Assembly: GCA_016285135.1 (NCBI GenBank)
Contig: JAEEQC010000002.1
Span: 515-64,514, forward strand
Origin: Lachnospiraceae bacterium
GTDB lineage: Bacteria > Bacillota > Clostridia > Lachnospirales > Lachnospiraceae
Direction of reading: 5' to 3'
DNA length: 64,000 nt
Below the pieces are notes generated by a model. That model did no database searches and was not told the DNA's origin. It saw nothing but the letters and a program-made list of their open reading frames with translations. A program made the translations under genes and the position numbers. This document shows positions 9,939 through 19,411 of the stretch, in pieces (position 1 is the stretch's first letter; the number at the start of each line of letters is the position of its first letter).

Positions 9939-10289
9939 TCATTCATAATCAAAAGCATCCTTAAAAACAGAGATCTCGTCTCCAAGGATCGAAACGACAT
10001 CGAATCTGACGGGAGTATCTTCCGGATACCCGAATCTGTTCATGTAGAACAGAGCGCTTCTGCAGATCCTTTTTATCTTTGTATGATCGACGGCTTCCAA
10101 GGGATCGCCGTCCGAAGTGTCAGCCCTGTACTTGACCTCAACAAAACAAAGATATTCGCCGTCCGTAGCAACTATATCAAGCTCTCCGCCTCTGCAGTAA
10201 AAATTCTTTGTGAGGATATTATAACCGAGCCTTCTGAGCTCACCTGCTGCTTTGCCCTCGTATACGGCTCCTTTGGCTCTGTTGTTCAT
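9939..10289 (-). CDS. yraN: YraN-family (UPF0102) endonuclease-like protein
   Basis: GELDIVATDGEYLCFVEVKYR core, 116 aa, conserved position next to rnhB. Confidence 0.8.
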   Translation of the reverse strand: MNNRAKGAVYEGKAAGELRRLGYNILTKNFYCRGGELDIVATDGEYLCFVEVKYRADTSDGDPLEAVDHTKIKRICRSALFYMNRFGYPEDTPVRFDVVSILGDEISVFKDAFDYE

Positions 10290-10304
10290 GTGTTTCTCCT
10301 GTAA

Positions 10305-10580
10305 TTACTTAAGACGTTCCCTGACGGCATCAACCTTATCGACATACATAAGCACTTCGATGACAGCCTCATAAAGCTCGGGAGGGATATACTCATCAAA
10401 ATCAAGCTTTGAAAGCGTGTTCGCGAGTCTTGCATCGTAGTGGATCGGTACGTTGTGCTCCCGTGCCTGTTCAATGATCTTTTCGGCGACGTGACCTTTA
10501 CCTGTGGCAAGTATCTTGGGCGCCTCGTCACCTTTTTCAAATCCGAGTGCAACGGCGGTTTTTTGCTTCTTTTCGATCAT
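10305..10580 (-). CDS. FlhB C-terminal-domain-like protein (EscU/YscU/HrcU family, YlqH-like)
   Basis: 91 aa; AVALGFEKGDEAPKILATGKGHVAEKIIEQAREHNVPIHYDARLANTL matches the FlhB autocleavage-domain paralogue usually found here. Confidence 0.75.
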   Translation of the reverse strand: MIEKKQKTAVALGFEKGDEAPKILATGKGHVAEKIIEQAREHNVPIHYDARLANTLSKLDFDEYIPPELYEAVIEVLMYVDKVDAVRERLK

Positions 10581-10645
10581 TCAAATCCCTCTTTTGCATT
10601 GATCATATGCCGTGTCTGATCCGAACGAAAGCTTACATACATGAC

Positions 10646-11407
10646 TCAGACAAGATTTCCGACAAATGATAACCTGTGTATGGGCGTAAGACCGTACTTC
10701 TTTATGGCTTCGATATGCTGTGCGGTTCCGTAGCCTTTGTGCTTTGCAAATCCGTATTCGGGATACTGCGCATCATACTCGTCCATAATGCGGTCCCTGG
10801 TAACCTTGGCAAGGATACTTGCGGCCGCTATTGAAACACTTTTGGCATCTCCGCCCGTGATCCCTACCTGTTTTATATCAATATCGGGTATTATAACGAA
10901 ATCATTAAGTAAAATATCAGGCTTGACGGTGAGTCCGGCTATCGCTTTACGCATGGCCTCATAAGTGGCCTGAAGGATGTTGATCTCGTCGATCCGTTTG
11001 GAATCTGACATACCGACCGACCATGCAAGCGCTTTCTCTTTTATCTCATCAAAAAGCTCGTCTCTTTTCTTTGGTGAGAGTTTTTTTGAATCATTAAGGT
11101 AAAGGATCTCGCAGTCTTTTCTGAGTATTACGGCTCCTGCACACACGGGACCGGCGAGCGGTCCTCTGCCGGCTTCGTCGACACCGCATATAAATTCAAA
11201 TTCATTGTATTTGTGCTCGAAGAATCTCATCTCTTCGATCCTTGCTCGCTCAGCTTGAAGCTTGGCAATACGGTTCTCGGCCGATGCTATGATCTTTTGA
11301 ACGCCGTCCCTTTTATCGTCGGTATAAGCGGCGATCAGATCGCTCAGTTTCTCTGGCGGGCAAGCCGCAAATTCGGCTTTAACGGTTGAGATCTTTTTTT
11401 CTTCCAT
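10646..11407 (-). CDS. rnhB: Ribonuclease HII
   Basis: Catalytic motif CGVDEAGRGPLAGPV, later DSKKLS and ASILAKVTRD, 253 aa. Confidence 0.9.
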   Translation of the reverse strand: MEEKKISTVKAEFAACPPEKLSDLIAAYTDDKRDGVQKIIASAENRIAKLQAERARIEEMRFFEHKYNEFEFICGVDEAGRGPLAGPVCAGAVILRKDCEILYLNDSKKLSPKKRDELFDEIKEKALAWSVGMSDSKRIDEINILQATYEAMRKAIAGLTVKPDILLNDFVIIPDIDIKQVGITGGDAKSVSIAAASILAKVTRDRIMDEYDAQYPEYGFAKHKGYGTAQHIEAIKKYGLTPIHRLSFVGNLV

Positions 11408-11459
11408 GATCTGTCCTTTTATTATCTGTTAAATAAGTTTTTAAGCCTTTTGAGCTCTG

Positions 11460-12302
11460 TCATTCAAGAGTGATCCGTCCGAGTCTCGAAGATCGGAAAT
11501 CATCGATTATAAGCTTTGAGGCTTTAAGAATGTCGGGCTGACCTCCGGGAGCCAAAGCTCCGCGTGCTATTGCAATTGATTCGACAATCTTGTTTATATC
11601 CTCGGGGCAATCTTCGGAATCTTTAAAGTACCTGTTCTTAAGGCTCTCCGGGTATCGGTCTTTGAGCACTCCGATAAGATAATAGCAAAGCTCTTCGGGA
11701 TACAGGATATCGTCGTTTATGGAGCCGATGAAAGCAATCTTCATGCCGATCTGCTGGTCCTCGAACTTGGGCCAGAGAAGTCCGGGAGTATCTAACAGCT
11801 CGACTTGTCTGTTAAGTCTGATCCACTGTCTGCCCTTCGTAACACCCGGCTTGTTGCCTGTCTTTGCACACGCTTTTCCTGCAATCGAGTTGATAAAGGT
11901 CGATTTTCCGCAGTTAGGGATCCCGGCAACCATCGCTCTGATAGGACGACCGATGATACCGCGTGCTCTGTCACGTTTAATCTTTTCTTCGCAGGCTTTT
12001 GTAATGATATCGAGACTGCCTTTTACTCCGGCACTGCTTCTCGAATCGCAGGTGTTAACGAAGAAACCTTTGTCCTCGTAATACTTTTTGTAATATGCAG
12101 TCCTTTCGGGATCCGCAAGGTCACTTTTGTTAAGGATTATCACTCTGTACTTGTTCCTGGCGAGAGTGTCGATGTCGGGGTTTTTGCTCGAAAGTGGGAT
12201 CCTGGCATCAAGGATCTCAACAACGGCGTCGATTACCTTAAGATCCTCTTCCATCTGTCTTTTGGCCTTGCTCATATGGCCCGGATACCATTGATATACC
12301 AT
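11460..12302 (-). CDS. rbgA: Ribosome biogenesis GTPase A (YlqF/RbgA), circularly permuted GTPase
   Basis: WYPGHMSKAKRQ start, permuted order NKSDL ... GIPNCGKSTFIN ... DTPG. Confidence 0.9.
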   Translation of the reverse strand: MVYQWYPGHMSKAKRQMEEDLKVIDAVVEILDARIPLSSKNPDIDTLARNKYRVIILNKSDLADPERTAYYKKYYEDKGFFVNTCDSRSSAGVKGSLDIITKACEEKIKRDRARGIIGRPIRAMVAGIPNCGKSTFINSIAGKACAKTGNKPGVTKGRQWIRLNRQVELLDTPGLLWPKFEDQQIGMKIAFIGSINDDILYPEELCYYLIGVLKDRYPESLKNRYFKDSEDCPEDINKIVESIAIARGALAPGGQPDILKASKLIIDDFRSSRLGRITLE

Positions 12303-12306
12303 GAGA

Positions 12307-12948
12307 TTACTCCTCTTGTTCTGCTTTTTCTTTAAGATTGAGCTTGCTGATGATCGAGAAAGGCGAAAGCCTGATAACAGCTTCTCCGATGATCTCTTCG
12401 CGTGTCACATTACCGAAGTTGAAATAGCGGCTGTCTTCGCAGTCGTTTCGGTTGTCTCCGAGGACAAAGTACTCGTCGTCATCGAGGATTACCTCTTCTT
12501 CGTAGAGACCCGAGGTGATCATGGGCTCAACGTTTATGGGCTCTTCTATCATGGTTCCGTTTATAAACACGGCACCGTCCCTGACCTGTACAGTGTCACC
12601 GGGAAGCCCGTAAATACGCCTTGTGGCGTAGACCCTGTGTTCTTTGCCCGATTTGTTGAAAACGATGATATCGAATCGTTCCGGATCAGAAAAAAGGTAG
12701 GCCATTCTGTTGACTATCAGGATATCGTCATCTGAAAGAGTCGGTTCCATACCGCTTCCGACCATGTTGGTCTTTTCGAGTGCGACAACAGTAAACAGAT
12801 AACCGAGAACGATCGCACCGCAAACACACACCATCCAGATCGCGATCCTGATGATGAGCTTTATGATCTTGCTTTTTTTCTCTTGTTTATCAAAATCAAA
12901 ACTAAATTCGGTGTCCATTTCGTCGTCCCCCGAGAACCATTTTATCAA
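12307..12948 (-). CDS. lepB: Signal peptidase I (S26)
   Basis: TM anchor IAIWMVCVCGAIVLGYLFTVVAL, Ser motif GSGMEPTL, RIYGLPGD, GDNRNDCEDSRYF. Confidence 0.88.
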   Translation of the reverse strand: MIKWFSGDDEMDTEFSFDFDKQEKKSKIIKLIIRIAIWMVCVCGAIVLGYLFTVVALEKTNMVGSGMEPTLSDDDILIVNRMAYLFSDPERFDIIVFNKSGKEHRVYATRRIYGLPGDTVQVRDGAVFINGTMIEEPINVEPMITSGLYEEEVILDDDEYFVLGDNRNDCEDSRYFNFGNVTREEIIGEAVIRLSPFSIISKLNLKEKAEQEE

Positions 12949-13010
12949 GTAACAATGCTTATCGCAAGCGTATAAAAATGTTCGTCGCGTGAATTAATGC
13001 TTAAACAAAG

Positions 13011-13043
13011 CATAAAAAAGGAACGGCACTAACCGTTCCTTTT
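13011..13043 (-). terminator. Rho-independent terminator after rplS
   Basis: Minus strand reads aaaaggaacgg-ttagtg-ccgttcctttt followed by TTATG (11-bp stem, T-run). Confidence 0.75.
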
Positions 13044-13082
13044 AAAAGAAAGTCAATTCTTATTTGTCTTGCCGTAATATGA

Positions 13083-13430
13083 TCAGCGAATAACTTCCTT
13101 AACCTTTGCAGCCTTACCTGTTCTCTGACGAAGGTAGAACAGCTTGGCACGTCTGACCTTACCGTGTCTAACAACTTCGATCTTAGCAACAACGGGAGAA
13201 TGAAGGGGCCATGTCTTCTCAACACCAACGCCGTTTGAGATCTTTCTGACTGTGAAAGTCTCTCTTGCGCCGCCGTTCTGTCTCTTTGTAACAACGCCTT
13301 CAAATACCTGCTGTCTCTCACGGTTACCTTCCTTAACAAGGGAAGATACTCTGACTGTGTCACCTACGCTGAACTCGGTGATGTCGCTCTTTAACTGAGC
13401 TGCTTCGATGTTTTTGATAATGTCGTTCAT
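13083..13430 (-). CDS. rplS: 50S ribosomal protein L19
   Basis: [28 protein letters not shown] ... [13 protein letters not shown], 115 aa. Confidence 0.95.
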   Translation of the reverse strand: MNDIIKNIEAAQLKSDITEFSVGDTVRVSSLVKEGNRERQQVFEGVVTKRQNGGARETFTVRKISNGVGVEKTWPLHSPVVAKIEVVRHGKVRRAKLFYLRQRTGKAAKVKEVIR

Positions 13431-13515
13431 TACGAACCTCCTGTTTGATTGTCAGTGTTCATTCTACGTCACGAAGGACCGGTACAGCGGAACACCCTTT
13501 TTTACGTACTCGGGT

Positions 13516-13544
13516 ATTTTATCATGTCGCTTTAGATATTGCAA
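13516..13544 (-). promoter_or_regulatory. Putative promoter of rplS
   Basis: Minus strand reads TTGCAA, a 17-nt spacer, then TAAAAT, ~85 nt upstream of the rplS ATG. It sits right after the stop of the upstream methyltransferase gene. Confidence 0.5.
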
Positions 13545-13551
13545 TAGAAAA

Positions 13552-14217
13552 TTATTTGGAAATCAGCACATGATAATGATACGACGAATGCCCATGTCCG
13601 AACTGCTCATAGAAGTTCTCTACGTGATACACAGTTTCGACCGTAAAATCCTTCATGAGTTCGTAGATCCCGTCATAATCAGCGAAGTAATGAGGCACTC
13701 CGTACTCGGGTCCTTCGTTCATGCAGATCTTTGTGTTCGGGTCGATAAGCGGCCAGTCCGTGTTCTTAAAACCGTGAGTCGATTTGGAAGCGAGGGACAG
13801 GTAGCACTCTCCGCCTTTTCGTAAAACACGGTGGATTTCAGAGACGGCTTTTTTTACACCCTCTGTATCTGTATGCTGGATAACGTTACGACAGAATATC
13901 GAATCAAAGGATGAATCCTCAAAGGGAAGCGCGAGCATGTCTCCGGTTTTGCCGTGGATAGTCAGCCCTTCCTTTTTTGCCCATTCAAGTGTGTGATCTA
14001 CAGCGTCATCCATCAGATCGAAAGCATAAACATTAAAGCCGGCTTTCGCGAACTGGATACTGTGTCGTCCCATCCCGCATCCGAGATCGAGAAAGTCGTG
14101 ATAGCCCTTCTTTGTCCATCGGTCAAGCAGATAATAGCTTTCGATCGAGGGCTCGATCCAGATCTTCTTTTCGCTTTCGGGAACATTGTTCCAGTCCCAA
14201 CCCTTTGATTCTACCAT
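13552..14217 (-). CDS. Class I SAM-dependent methyltransferase
   Basis: Motif I DFLDLGCGMGRHSIQFAKAGFNVYAFDL, post-I and motif II-like FDSIFCRNVIQH. Start chosen at MVESKGWDW (ATG 14217, GGAGGT 5 nt upstream); the track ORF extends to 14253. Confidence 0.8.
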   Translation of the reverse strand: MVESKGWDWNNVPESEKKIWIEPSIESYYLLDRWTKKGYHDFLDLGCGMGRHSIQFAKAGFNVYAFDLMDDAVDHTLEWAKKEGLTIHGKTGDMLALPFEDSSFDSIFCRNVIQHTDTEGVKKAVSEIHRVLRKGGECYLSLASKSTHGFKNTDWPLIDPNTKICMNEGPEYGVPHYFADYDGIYELMKDFTVETVYHVENFYEQFGHGHSSYHYHVLISK

Positions 14218-14271
14218 ACATGACCTCCGGAAATAGTTTCTGTGAAATACCAAGGTATAAGCATTAAATAT

Positions 14272-14302
14272 TTGCGCACCCCCATTTTATGAGGATGCGC
14301 AA
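14272..14302 (-). terminator. Weak hairpin / possible terminator after hydF
   Basis: 7-bp stem ttgcgca / tgcgcaa with a 17-nt loop, followed on the minus strand by ATATTTA. The T-run is poor. Confidence 0.35.
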
Positions 14303-14344
14303 TAAACATTGCTATGAAATTATAACATATTTTTGATCGCCATG

Positions 14345-15598
14345 TCATCCGAATATCTTATCATGCAGCGTCGGGAAAATCCTGAGCGTCCTCTCGAGTG
14401 TACCCGAAGCCATCGCGAGCGTGATACCGTAGTTTGTAAACGGAATATTGTATTCCTGTGCTTTCCCGAGTCTGTAGGCAACCTCTTTGTCATTTACCAT
14501 GCAGGCTCCGCAATGAACGAGCATGCTGTACGCGGAAAGATCTTCAGGGAAGCCCTGACCGCTCGTATATTCGTAGTTAAAGTCCTTTCCTGTAAGCTTT
14601 TTGATCGCTTTCGGAAGTTTAACTGTTCCGATATCGTTGCACTGCCTGTGATGAGTACATCCTTCGCAGACAAGGATCTTTGCTCCGTCGTGAAGGTCTT
14701 TCGCGGCATTTATACCGAGAGCTGCTTCCTCAAGGAATCCTTTGTATCGTGCAAACAGTATCGAGAATGTGGTGAGCGGTACTTCGTCGGGGACGATATC
14801 CTTTATCTGCATAAGAGCCTGCGAATCGGTTATAACGATCGTGGGTGCGGCTTTAAGGCTGTCGAGAGTGTCTTTAAGACCGACATCCGTGGTTACAACT
14901 GCTGTAATGCCGTATTCGATCGTCTCTCTGATGGTGTGCGCCTGAGGAAGGATCATCCTGTCCTTGGGAGCCGACTCGTCTATCGGACAAACGAGCACGG
15001 CAACATCGCCCTTTTTAAGGATATCGACAACGACTTTGGCATCTTTCTTGACATCGGGGAGCAGTCCGGCGATCGCGATCTTAAGGTCCGTTATGCCTTT
15101 TGTACTTGTGGCGCTCACAAAAACACGGGGGATCGATTTGATCTCCATGAGCGAAGCTATCTCATCGAGCTTTTTGCCGAGAGCCACCCTGTCGTCACCG
15201 TTGCAAAGATCTTCTTTGTTGAAAACAACGATAAAAGGTGTCTTGCTTCCGATGAGGATACGAATGAGCTCTTCGTCGGAAATGGTTATACCGCTTGAAG
15301 CATCGATAACAATAACGCCTATATCGGTGTTCGTCATTGTCCTCTTTGTCCTGGCAACTCGCTTCTCTCCAAGTTCGCTGTCGTCGTCGAAACCGGGAGT
15401 ATCGTAGAGTACAACAGGTCCGAGAGGAAGGATCTCCATCGATTTGCCGACGGGATCGGTAGTCGTGCCCTTAATCTCTGAGACAAGCGCTACTTCCTGA
15501 CCGGTTATAGCGTTTACAAGGCTTGATTTACCGGCATTTGTATTGCCGAGAAATGATATTTTGGTCCTTGCTGCCGAAGAAGTGTCGTTTAAACTCAT
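14345..15598 (-). CDS. hydF: [FeFe]-hydrogenase H-cluster maturation GTPase HydF
   Basis: N-terminal GTPase LGNTNAGKSSLVNAITGQ ... DTPGFDD ... NKEDL. C-terminal cluster-binding signature CEGCTHHRQC ... (about 50 aa) ... HCGACM, i.e. the CxH...HCxxC pattern of HydF. Strong RBS AAGGAG. Confidence 0.85.
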   Translation of the reverse strand: MSLNDTSSAARTKISFLGNTNAGKSSLVNAITGQEVALVSEIKGTTTDPVGKSMEILPLGPVVLYDTPGFDDDSELGEKRVARTKRTMTNTDIGVIVIDASSGITISDEELIRILIGSKTPFIVVFNKEDLCNGDDRVALGKKLDEIASLMEIKSIPRVFVSATSTKGITDLKIAIAGLLPDVKKDAKVVVDILKKGDVAVLVCPIDESAPKDRMILPQAHTIRETIEYGITAVVTTDVGLKDTLDSLKAAPTIVITDSQALMQIKDIVPDEVPLTTFSILFARYKGFLEEAALGINAAKDLHDGAKILVCEGCTHHRQCNDIGTVKLPKAIKKLTGKDFNYEYTSGQGFPEDLSAYSMLVHCGACMVNDKEVAYRLGKAQEYNIPFTNYGITLAMASGTLERTLRIFPTLHDKIFG

Positions 15599-15688
15599 AA
15601 ATACTCCTTTCCGACGTGTAGCGTCTTAATCTGTGTCGATTAAAGTAATCCGTCCGTTTCATGCAGAACTATTTAACAACGATTATGT

Positions 15689-16810
15689 TTAAATGTTCAC
15701 ATTACCTGCAGCTTTGCTGGGTTCAAATATTGAACGGGCTTCGTCCTCGGTTATTGTTACACCGAATATCTCTTTATAGTATGATACAGTTTCGGCTATG
15801 ATGTCAATGTCTTCGAAGAGCGAAGGATAAATAGTTTTCGCCATCCATTTCAAAGTTACGGGTGTATCGATTCCGGGAGTGTAAGAACGATACATACCGA
15901 GTGGCATCTTGAACACTCTCTTGTTCTTTACTGCATCGATCTGCGACCAGTCATAGTTACCGACAGTGTTGTTGTAAAGATCGTCGGGATAGGACTTGTT
16001 AAAGTTTGTGATAAGGATAGTGTCGGGATTCCACTTGTAGATCTGCTCGAGTGTTACGGGAACAGAATTGTCCTTTTCAAGTTCTTCGGCAACATTTTTC
16101 GCACCGGCTACGGTTGCCCACCACTGTCCGAAGAAGTTCTTTCCCGAAGAAACGATCGATGAATCACTGTACTGGAAGAGAACAAACACACGTGCTTTTT
16201 CTTCGTCGGTGAGTTTTCCTACTCTGCTGTTAATGAGATCAAGAGATTCTTTGCTGTATTTGTCAACAAGCTCTCTTCTGTTTGTTGCTTCGTCGGGGAA
16301 GATCGCTTCCAGTACTTCAAGCCAGTGATCAAGCGTCTCAATACAGTCGTAATTCCACTTGTTTACTGACAGAGCTACAGCCGTAAGACCTGCGTTTCTG
16401 AGCTTTTCACCGAGTGCGGGCGTCGATGCGCTGTAGATGACAAGGTCGGGTTGTTGCTTTAAGAGCTCTTCTATATTGACATCATCTCCGTCAACAGCCG
16501 ATGTATCAACCTTTAAGAGCTCGGGATAAAGCTTTCCGAGAAGTGAATTCTGTGCTGCCGTCATGCTTGCGGGTGCCATCTCCACGATCTTTTCGGCGGA
16601 ATTAAAGAACACGCAAAGTACCGAAGGAATGGGGAATATGTTTGTAACAGCGATACGTTTTATTTCTTTGGGAACTTTTACCTCGATATCGAGGTGATCC
16701 TTAACGATCCTGTAATCGGACGAATCCGACTCCTTTGATGTGCCGGTGCAAGCACACAGACATGATACCGTAAGTGCAAGGACTAACAGTAAAGCTACGA
16801 TTTTTTTCAT
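15689..16810 (-). CDS. ABC transporter substrate-binding lipoprotein (siderophore/cobalamin/heme-type, periplasmic binding protein class 2)
   Basis: Lipoprotein signal MKKIVALLLVLALTVSCLCAC with AAGGAG RBS at the ATG at 16810. Overall layout (RIAVTNIFP ... DLVIYSAS ... ILITNF) resembles FecB/BtuF-type binding proteins. The track N-terminal extension (to 16909) is rejected. Confidence 0.8.
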   Translation of the reverse strand: MKKIVALLLVLALTVSCLCACTGTSKESDSSDYRIVKDHLDIEVKVPKEIKRIAVTNIFPIPSVLCVFFNSAEKIVEMAPASMTAAQNSLLGKLYPELLKVDTSAVDGDDVNIEELLKQQPDLVIYSASTPALGEKLRNAGLTAVALSVNKWNYDCIETLDHWLEVLEAIFPDEATNRRELVDKYSKESLDLINSRVGKLTDEEKARVFVLFQYSDSSIVSSGKNFFGQWWATVAGAKNVAEELEKDNSVPVTLEQIYKWNPDTILITNFNKSYPDDLYNNTVGNYDWSQIDAVKNKRVFKMPLGMYRSYTPGIDTPVTLKWMAKTIYPSLFEDIDIIAETVSYYKEIFGVTITEDEARSIFEPSKAAGNVNI

Positions 16811-16911
16811 TGTTTCTGACTCCTTAAAAATATATTTCAACTTCTTGATAAACATGTTGATACAGACCCTTGATGGCCATGGTCCGGGGGGACGGGGGTA
16901 ATGGACCATAT

Positions 16912-18042
16912 TTACATGATACGTCCCGAGTAAGCCCTGTGATGCACTTTAATAAGCTCGGCATCTTCAGGGCAGACGAATCTGTAAAGACCGTCCGCGT
17001 AAACAGTTTTGCATTTCGACAGTTCGTCTTCTATCTCGGTTTCGCTTGTCGTCATAATGTCTCCGTCGCTTAAAAGCGCTTCGATATTCGGACTGTCGAC
17101 TATGGGTGATATTACTCTTACATTGCCTTTAACGCTTATGTTACCTGTGTCGTCATTTGACAAAACCGCATTCTTCTCCATCGCAAGGCTTCTTGCGGCT
17201 ACGGGTTCGCCGATAACAACGGTGACGGCGTCTCTGTCCGAAACAAATCCGTCAAAAACGCTTATGCATTTCTTTTCTTTGACCGCATTCTTTAGTGCCG
17301 ATGCGACAGCGCTGTCTGTCACGGGTCCGCAAGGAAGTCCGATGACATAAGGGATTCCGAACTGTTCAAAAAGATACTTCGCAGTGTCGATACCTGTTAC
17401 CGAAACCACAAGAGAAACTTCCGCACTCGAAGCTTTGGCAAGATCTTCAAATCGTCCTTTCATCGACCAGGAAGAAATAACATTAAGACCGCATCCCTCT
17501 ATAACGGCCTTAACATGCTCGTATTGCTCGTCTTCGAGGTCGAGGGGTGTTGCACCCAGGATGTTTACTCCTCCCTTTACAGACGGATTGGGAGCGTTGC
17601 AGAAGCGTTTTGCAAGTGCAAGCAAAGCCATGCTCGCACCGATCTCGTATGACTTCATTCCGCTCACATCGAAACCGAACGAAGGTATTCCTGTTTTTTC
17701 TTCGATTTCTGCAGCTGTCAGATCGATATCGCTTCCTGTCATCCACGGTATGGGAGTTGAAGCTATAGCTGTGAAATTCGGCTTAAAATGTTCTGCGGCT
17801 TCAATCATGTCGGCTGCCAGCCTGTCACCTGCCGTGCCCATAACCGCTTCTTCCTCGGTAACAGCAGAAACGAACACAAGTCCGTCGTCTCCGTACCAGC
17901 GGGGTTCGTCATGCGTAGTGAATGTCGAGTTACATCCCGATGCATCATGCATGACAAGCAGTCCGCCGAGTCCGTAAAGCGCACTGATCACACCGAATGT
18001 ATCCGATGAATATGTGGAAAGTACTTTTCTTGCCTGATTCAT
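16912..18042 (-). CDS. Nitrogenase component-1-like oxidoreductase subunit (NifK/NifN/BchB-like)
   Basis: MHDASGCNSTFTTHDEPRW and VFVSAVTEEEAVMGT resemble the Cys/loop regions of the oxidoreductase/nitrogenase component 1 family. The ATG at 18042 overlaps the upstream TGA as ATGA; an alternative start lies at 18063. Confidence 0.7.
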   Translation of the reverse strand: MNQARKVLSTYSSDTFGVISALYGLGGLLVMHDASGCNSTFTTHDEPRWYGDDGLVFVSAVTEEEAVMGTAGDRLAADMIEAAEHFKPNFTAIASTPIPWMTGSDIDLTAAEIEEKTGIPSFGFDVSGMKSYEIGASMALLALAKRFCNAPNPSVKGGVNILGATPLDLEDEQYEHVKAVIEGCGLNVISSWSMKGRFEDLAKASSAEVSLVVSVTGIDTAKYLFEQFGIPYVIGLPCGPVTDSAVASALKNAVKEKKCISVFDGFVSDRDAVTVVIGEPVAARSLAMEKNAVLSNDDTGNISVKGNVRVISPIVDSPNIEALLSDGDIMTTSETEIEDELSKCKTVYADGLYRFVCPEDAELIKVHHRAYSGRIM

Positions 18043-19292
18043 ATGCAGCTCTCGCACCCCCATCCTTTGATATCAAGTGTCTTTTTGAGGTCTTTAACGT
18101 TAAGAAACGCGTCCGTCATCATCCTCGATAGTTCTACGATCCCGTCAAATCCGTAAAGAGGACCGTTCTCGACCATATCGACGAAATACCCGGTCTGAGT
18201 AAAGTACGCGGCCTTTTGTCCGAGCGCAAGAATTTTGACCGTATCATCCGGTGTAAATGTCCTCATCTCGGGACTGACACACTTTTCAAACCTGATTCCT
18301 TTTACATGTTTTTCAAGCCATTCGTAATCGGCCTCTTCTCCACCGACCGAATCGGAAAAAACTGTAACCACATTGAATCCGTGCTCCGCAAGGAGTCTTG
18401 CAAGTGAATAAGGACGTGTTGTGATCATACCGTCCACCGCAATTTCACAGTTTCCTATCACATCGTGTGCTTTACGAAGAGCCTCATCCGCACGGGCCTT
18501 ATCAGCCTCGAAAGTGTCGTAGGTTGTTCCGATCTCTTTGGCAAGTTTTTCAAGATTATCTCTGATCTCTTCGTATCCGAAGGAAAAAGGAATCTGAAGA
18601 CTCTTTATACCGAGCTTTTCCGCCAGCTCATCAGCTGCGTCTTTTGCTACGGAAAGGTTTGATATTATAAGTCCGGCGGACCCAAGCTTTTTGTAGTCGC
18701 TGTAATTATCGATGGCGGGCAGTTCGAGAAGCCTCTTTCCGGCTTTTTTTATAAGCGTTTTGATCTCGCTTGTTTCTGATACAGCAAAGCAATTACCGCA
18801 AAGCAGTACATCTCTGTCGTCTGTTTTAAGCGGCTTTATGGCAGCATAAAGTCGCTTTCGCATCATCTTGTCCGGATTTAAGGTGCTCTTGCGCATCGTG
18901 GGCGTCATATAGCAGTCTACAAAGTCAACATCCGGAAAACGCTCGTTCAAGATCCTGAAGCAGTCATCAAGATCGGTACCCATGAAATGATGTATACAGC
19001 TCGTGTATATGAGCACGCAGGGCGGTCTCTTCTTTAACCTGTTCAGGATATCCGTAACGCCCTCAACAAGAAGCTCTTCCATATCTCCGTCGGTTACATT
19101 GTGCTCTTCTATCGCAACTGTCGAAAACCTGTCTGTCAGGTTCATCTCGGCTGCGGAAAGAACTACGCCCCGCAGACACCCTGCAGCACAGACAAATATC
19201 TCATGAGCTTCGGGCACAAGCATTCCGACATGTACTATCGTCCAGCCGCCTCGCGCGGGAACACTGTATTCAAGTCCTGTTTGTTTCAGCAT
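18039..19292 (-). CDS. Nitrogenase component-1-like oxidoreductase subunit (NifD/NifE/BchN-like)
   Basis: FVCAAGCLRGVVLSAAE, LIYTSCIHHFMGTD and DCYMTPT have a component 1 family look. 417 aa, ending in GWGCESCI. Confidence 0.7.
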   Translation of the reverse strand: MLKQTGLEYSVPARGGWTIVHVGMLVPEAHEIFVCAAGCLRGVVLSAAEMNLTDRFSTVAIEEHNVTDGDMEELLVEGVTDILNRLKKRPPCVLIYTSCIHHFMGTDLDDCFRILNERFPDVDFVDCYMTPTMRKSTLNPDKMMRKRLYAAIKPLKTDDRDVLLCGNCFAVSETSEIKTLIKKAGKRLLELPAIDNYSDYKKLGSAGLIISNLSVAKDAADELAEKLGIKSLQIPFSFGYEEIRDNLEKLAKEIGTTYDTFEADKARADEALRKAHDVIGNCEIAVDGMITTRPYSLARLLAEHGFNVVTVFSDSVGGEEADYEWLEKHVKGIRFEKCVSPEMRTFTPDDTVKILALGQKAAYFTQTGYFVDMVENGPLYGFDGIVELSRMMTDAFLNVKDLKKTLDIKGWGCESCI

Positions 19293-19355
19293 TTTTCAAC
19301 CTCTGTAAGTTCTTTGATCAGTTTATCTTTTACGTTGATTATCCGTGCTTTTTAC

Positions 19356-19384
19356 ATTATATGTTTATTGCAATATTATGTTAA
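19356..19384 (-). promoter_or_regulatory. Putative internal promoter ahead of the NifD-like gene
   Basis: Minus strand reads TTAACA, a 17-nt spacer, then TATAAT, inside the 119-nt AT-rich gap between the NifH-like and NifD-like genes. Confidence 0.45.
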
Positions 19385-19411
19385 TTTCATACGGATACGC
19401 ATTTAAGGATC

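Noticed and set aside
13001-13363. 120-aa minus-strand ORF overlapping rplS
   Set aside because: It is out of frame with L19, runs through the rplS terminator, and has no RBS.
14333-15298. 321-aa plus-strand ORF
   Set aside because: It is fully antisense to hydF, whose GTPase and CxH...HCxxC motifs are clear. Shadow ORF.
16811-16909. N-terminal extensions offered by the ORF track here and at 8499-8534, 14218-14253, 34633-34671, 35507-35569, 39883-39939, 42033-42122, 47205-47306, 56048-56104, 57528-57578, 62423-62452 and 63325-63354
   Set aside because: In each case an internal start has a proper Shine-Dalgarno sequence at 5-9 nt. It also begins a signal peptide or a conserved N-terminus, whereas the extension runs through promoter, hairpin or upstream-gene sequence.
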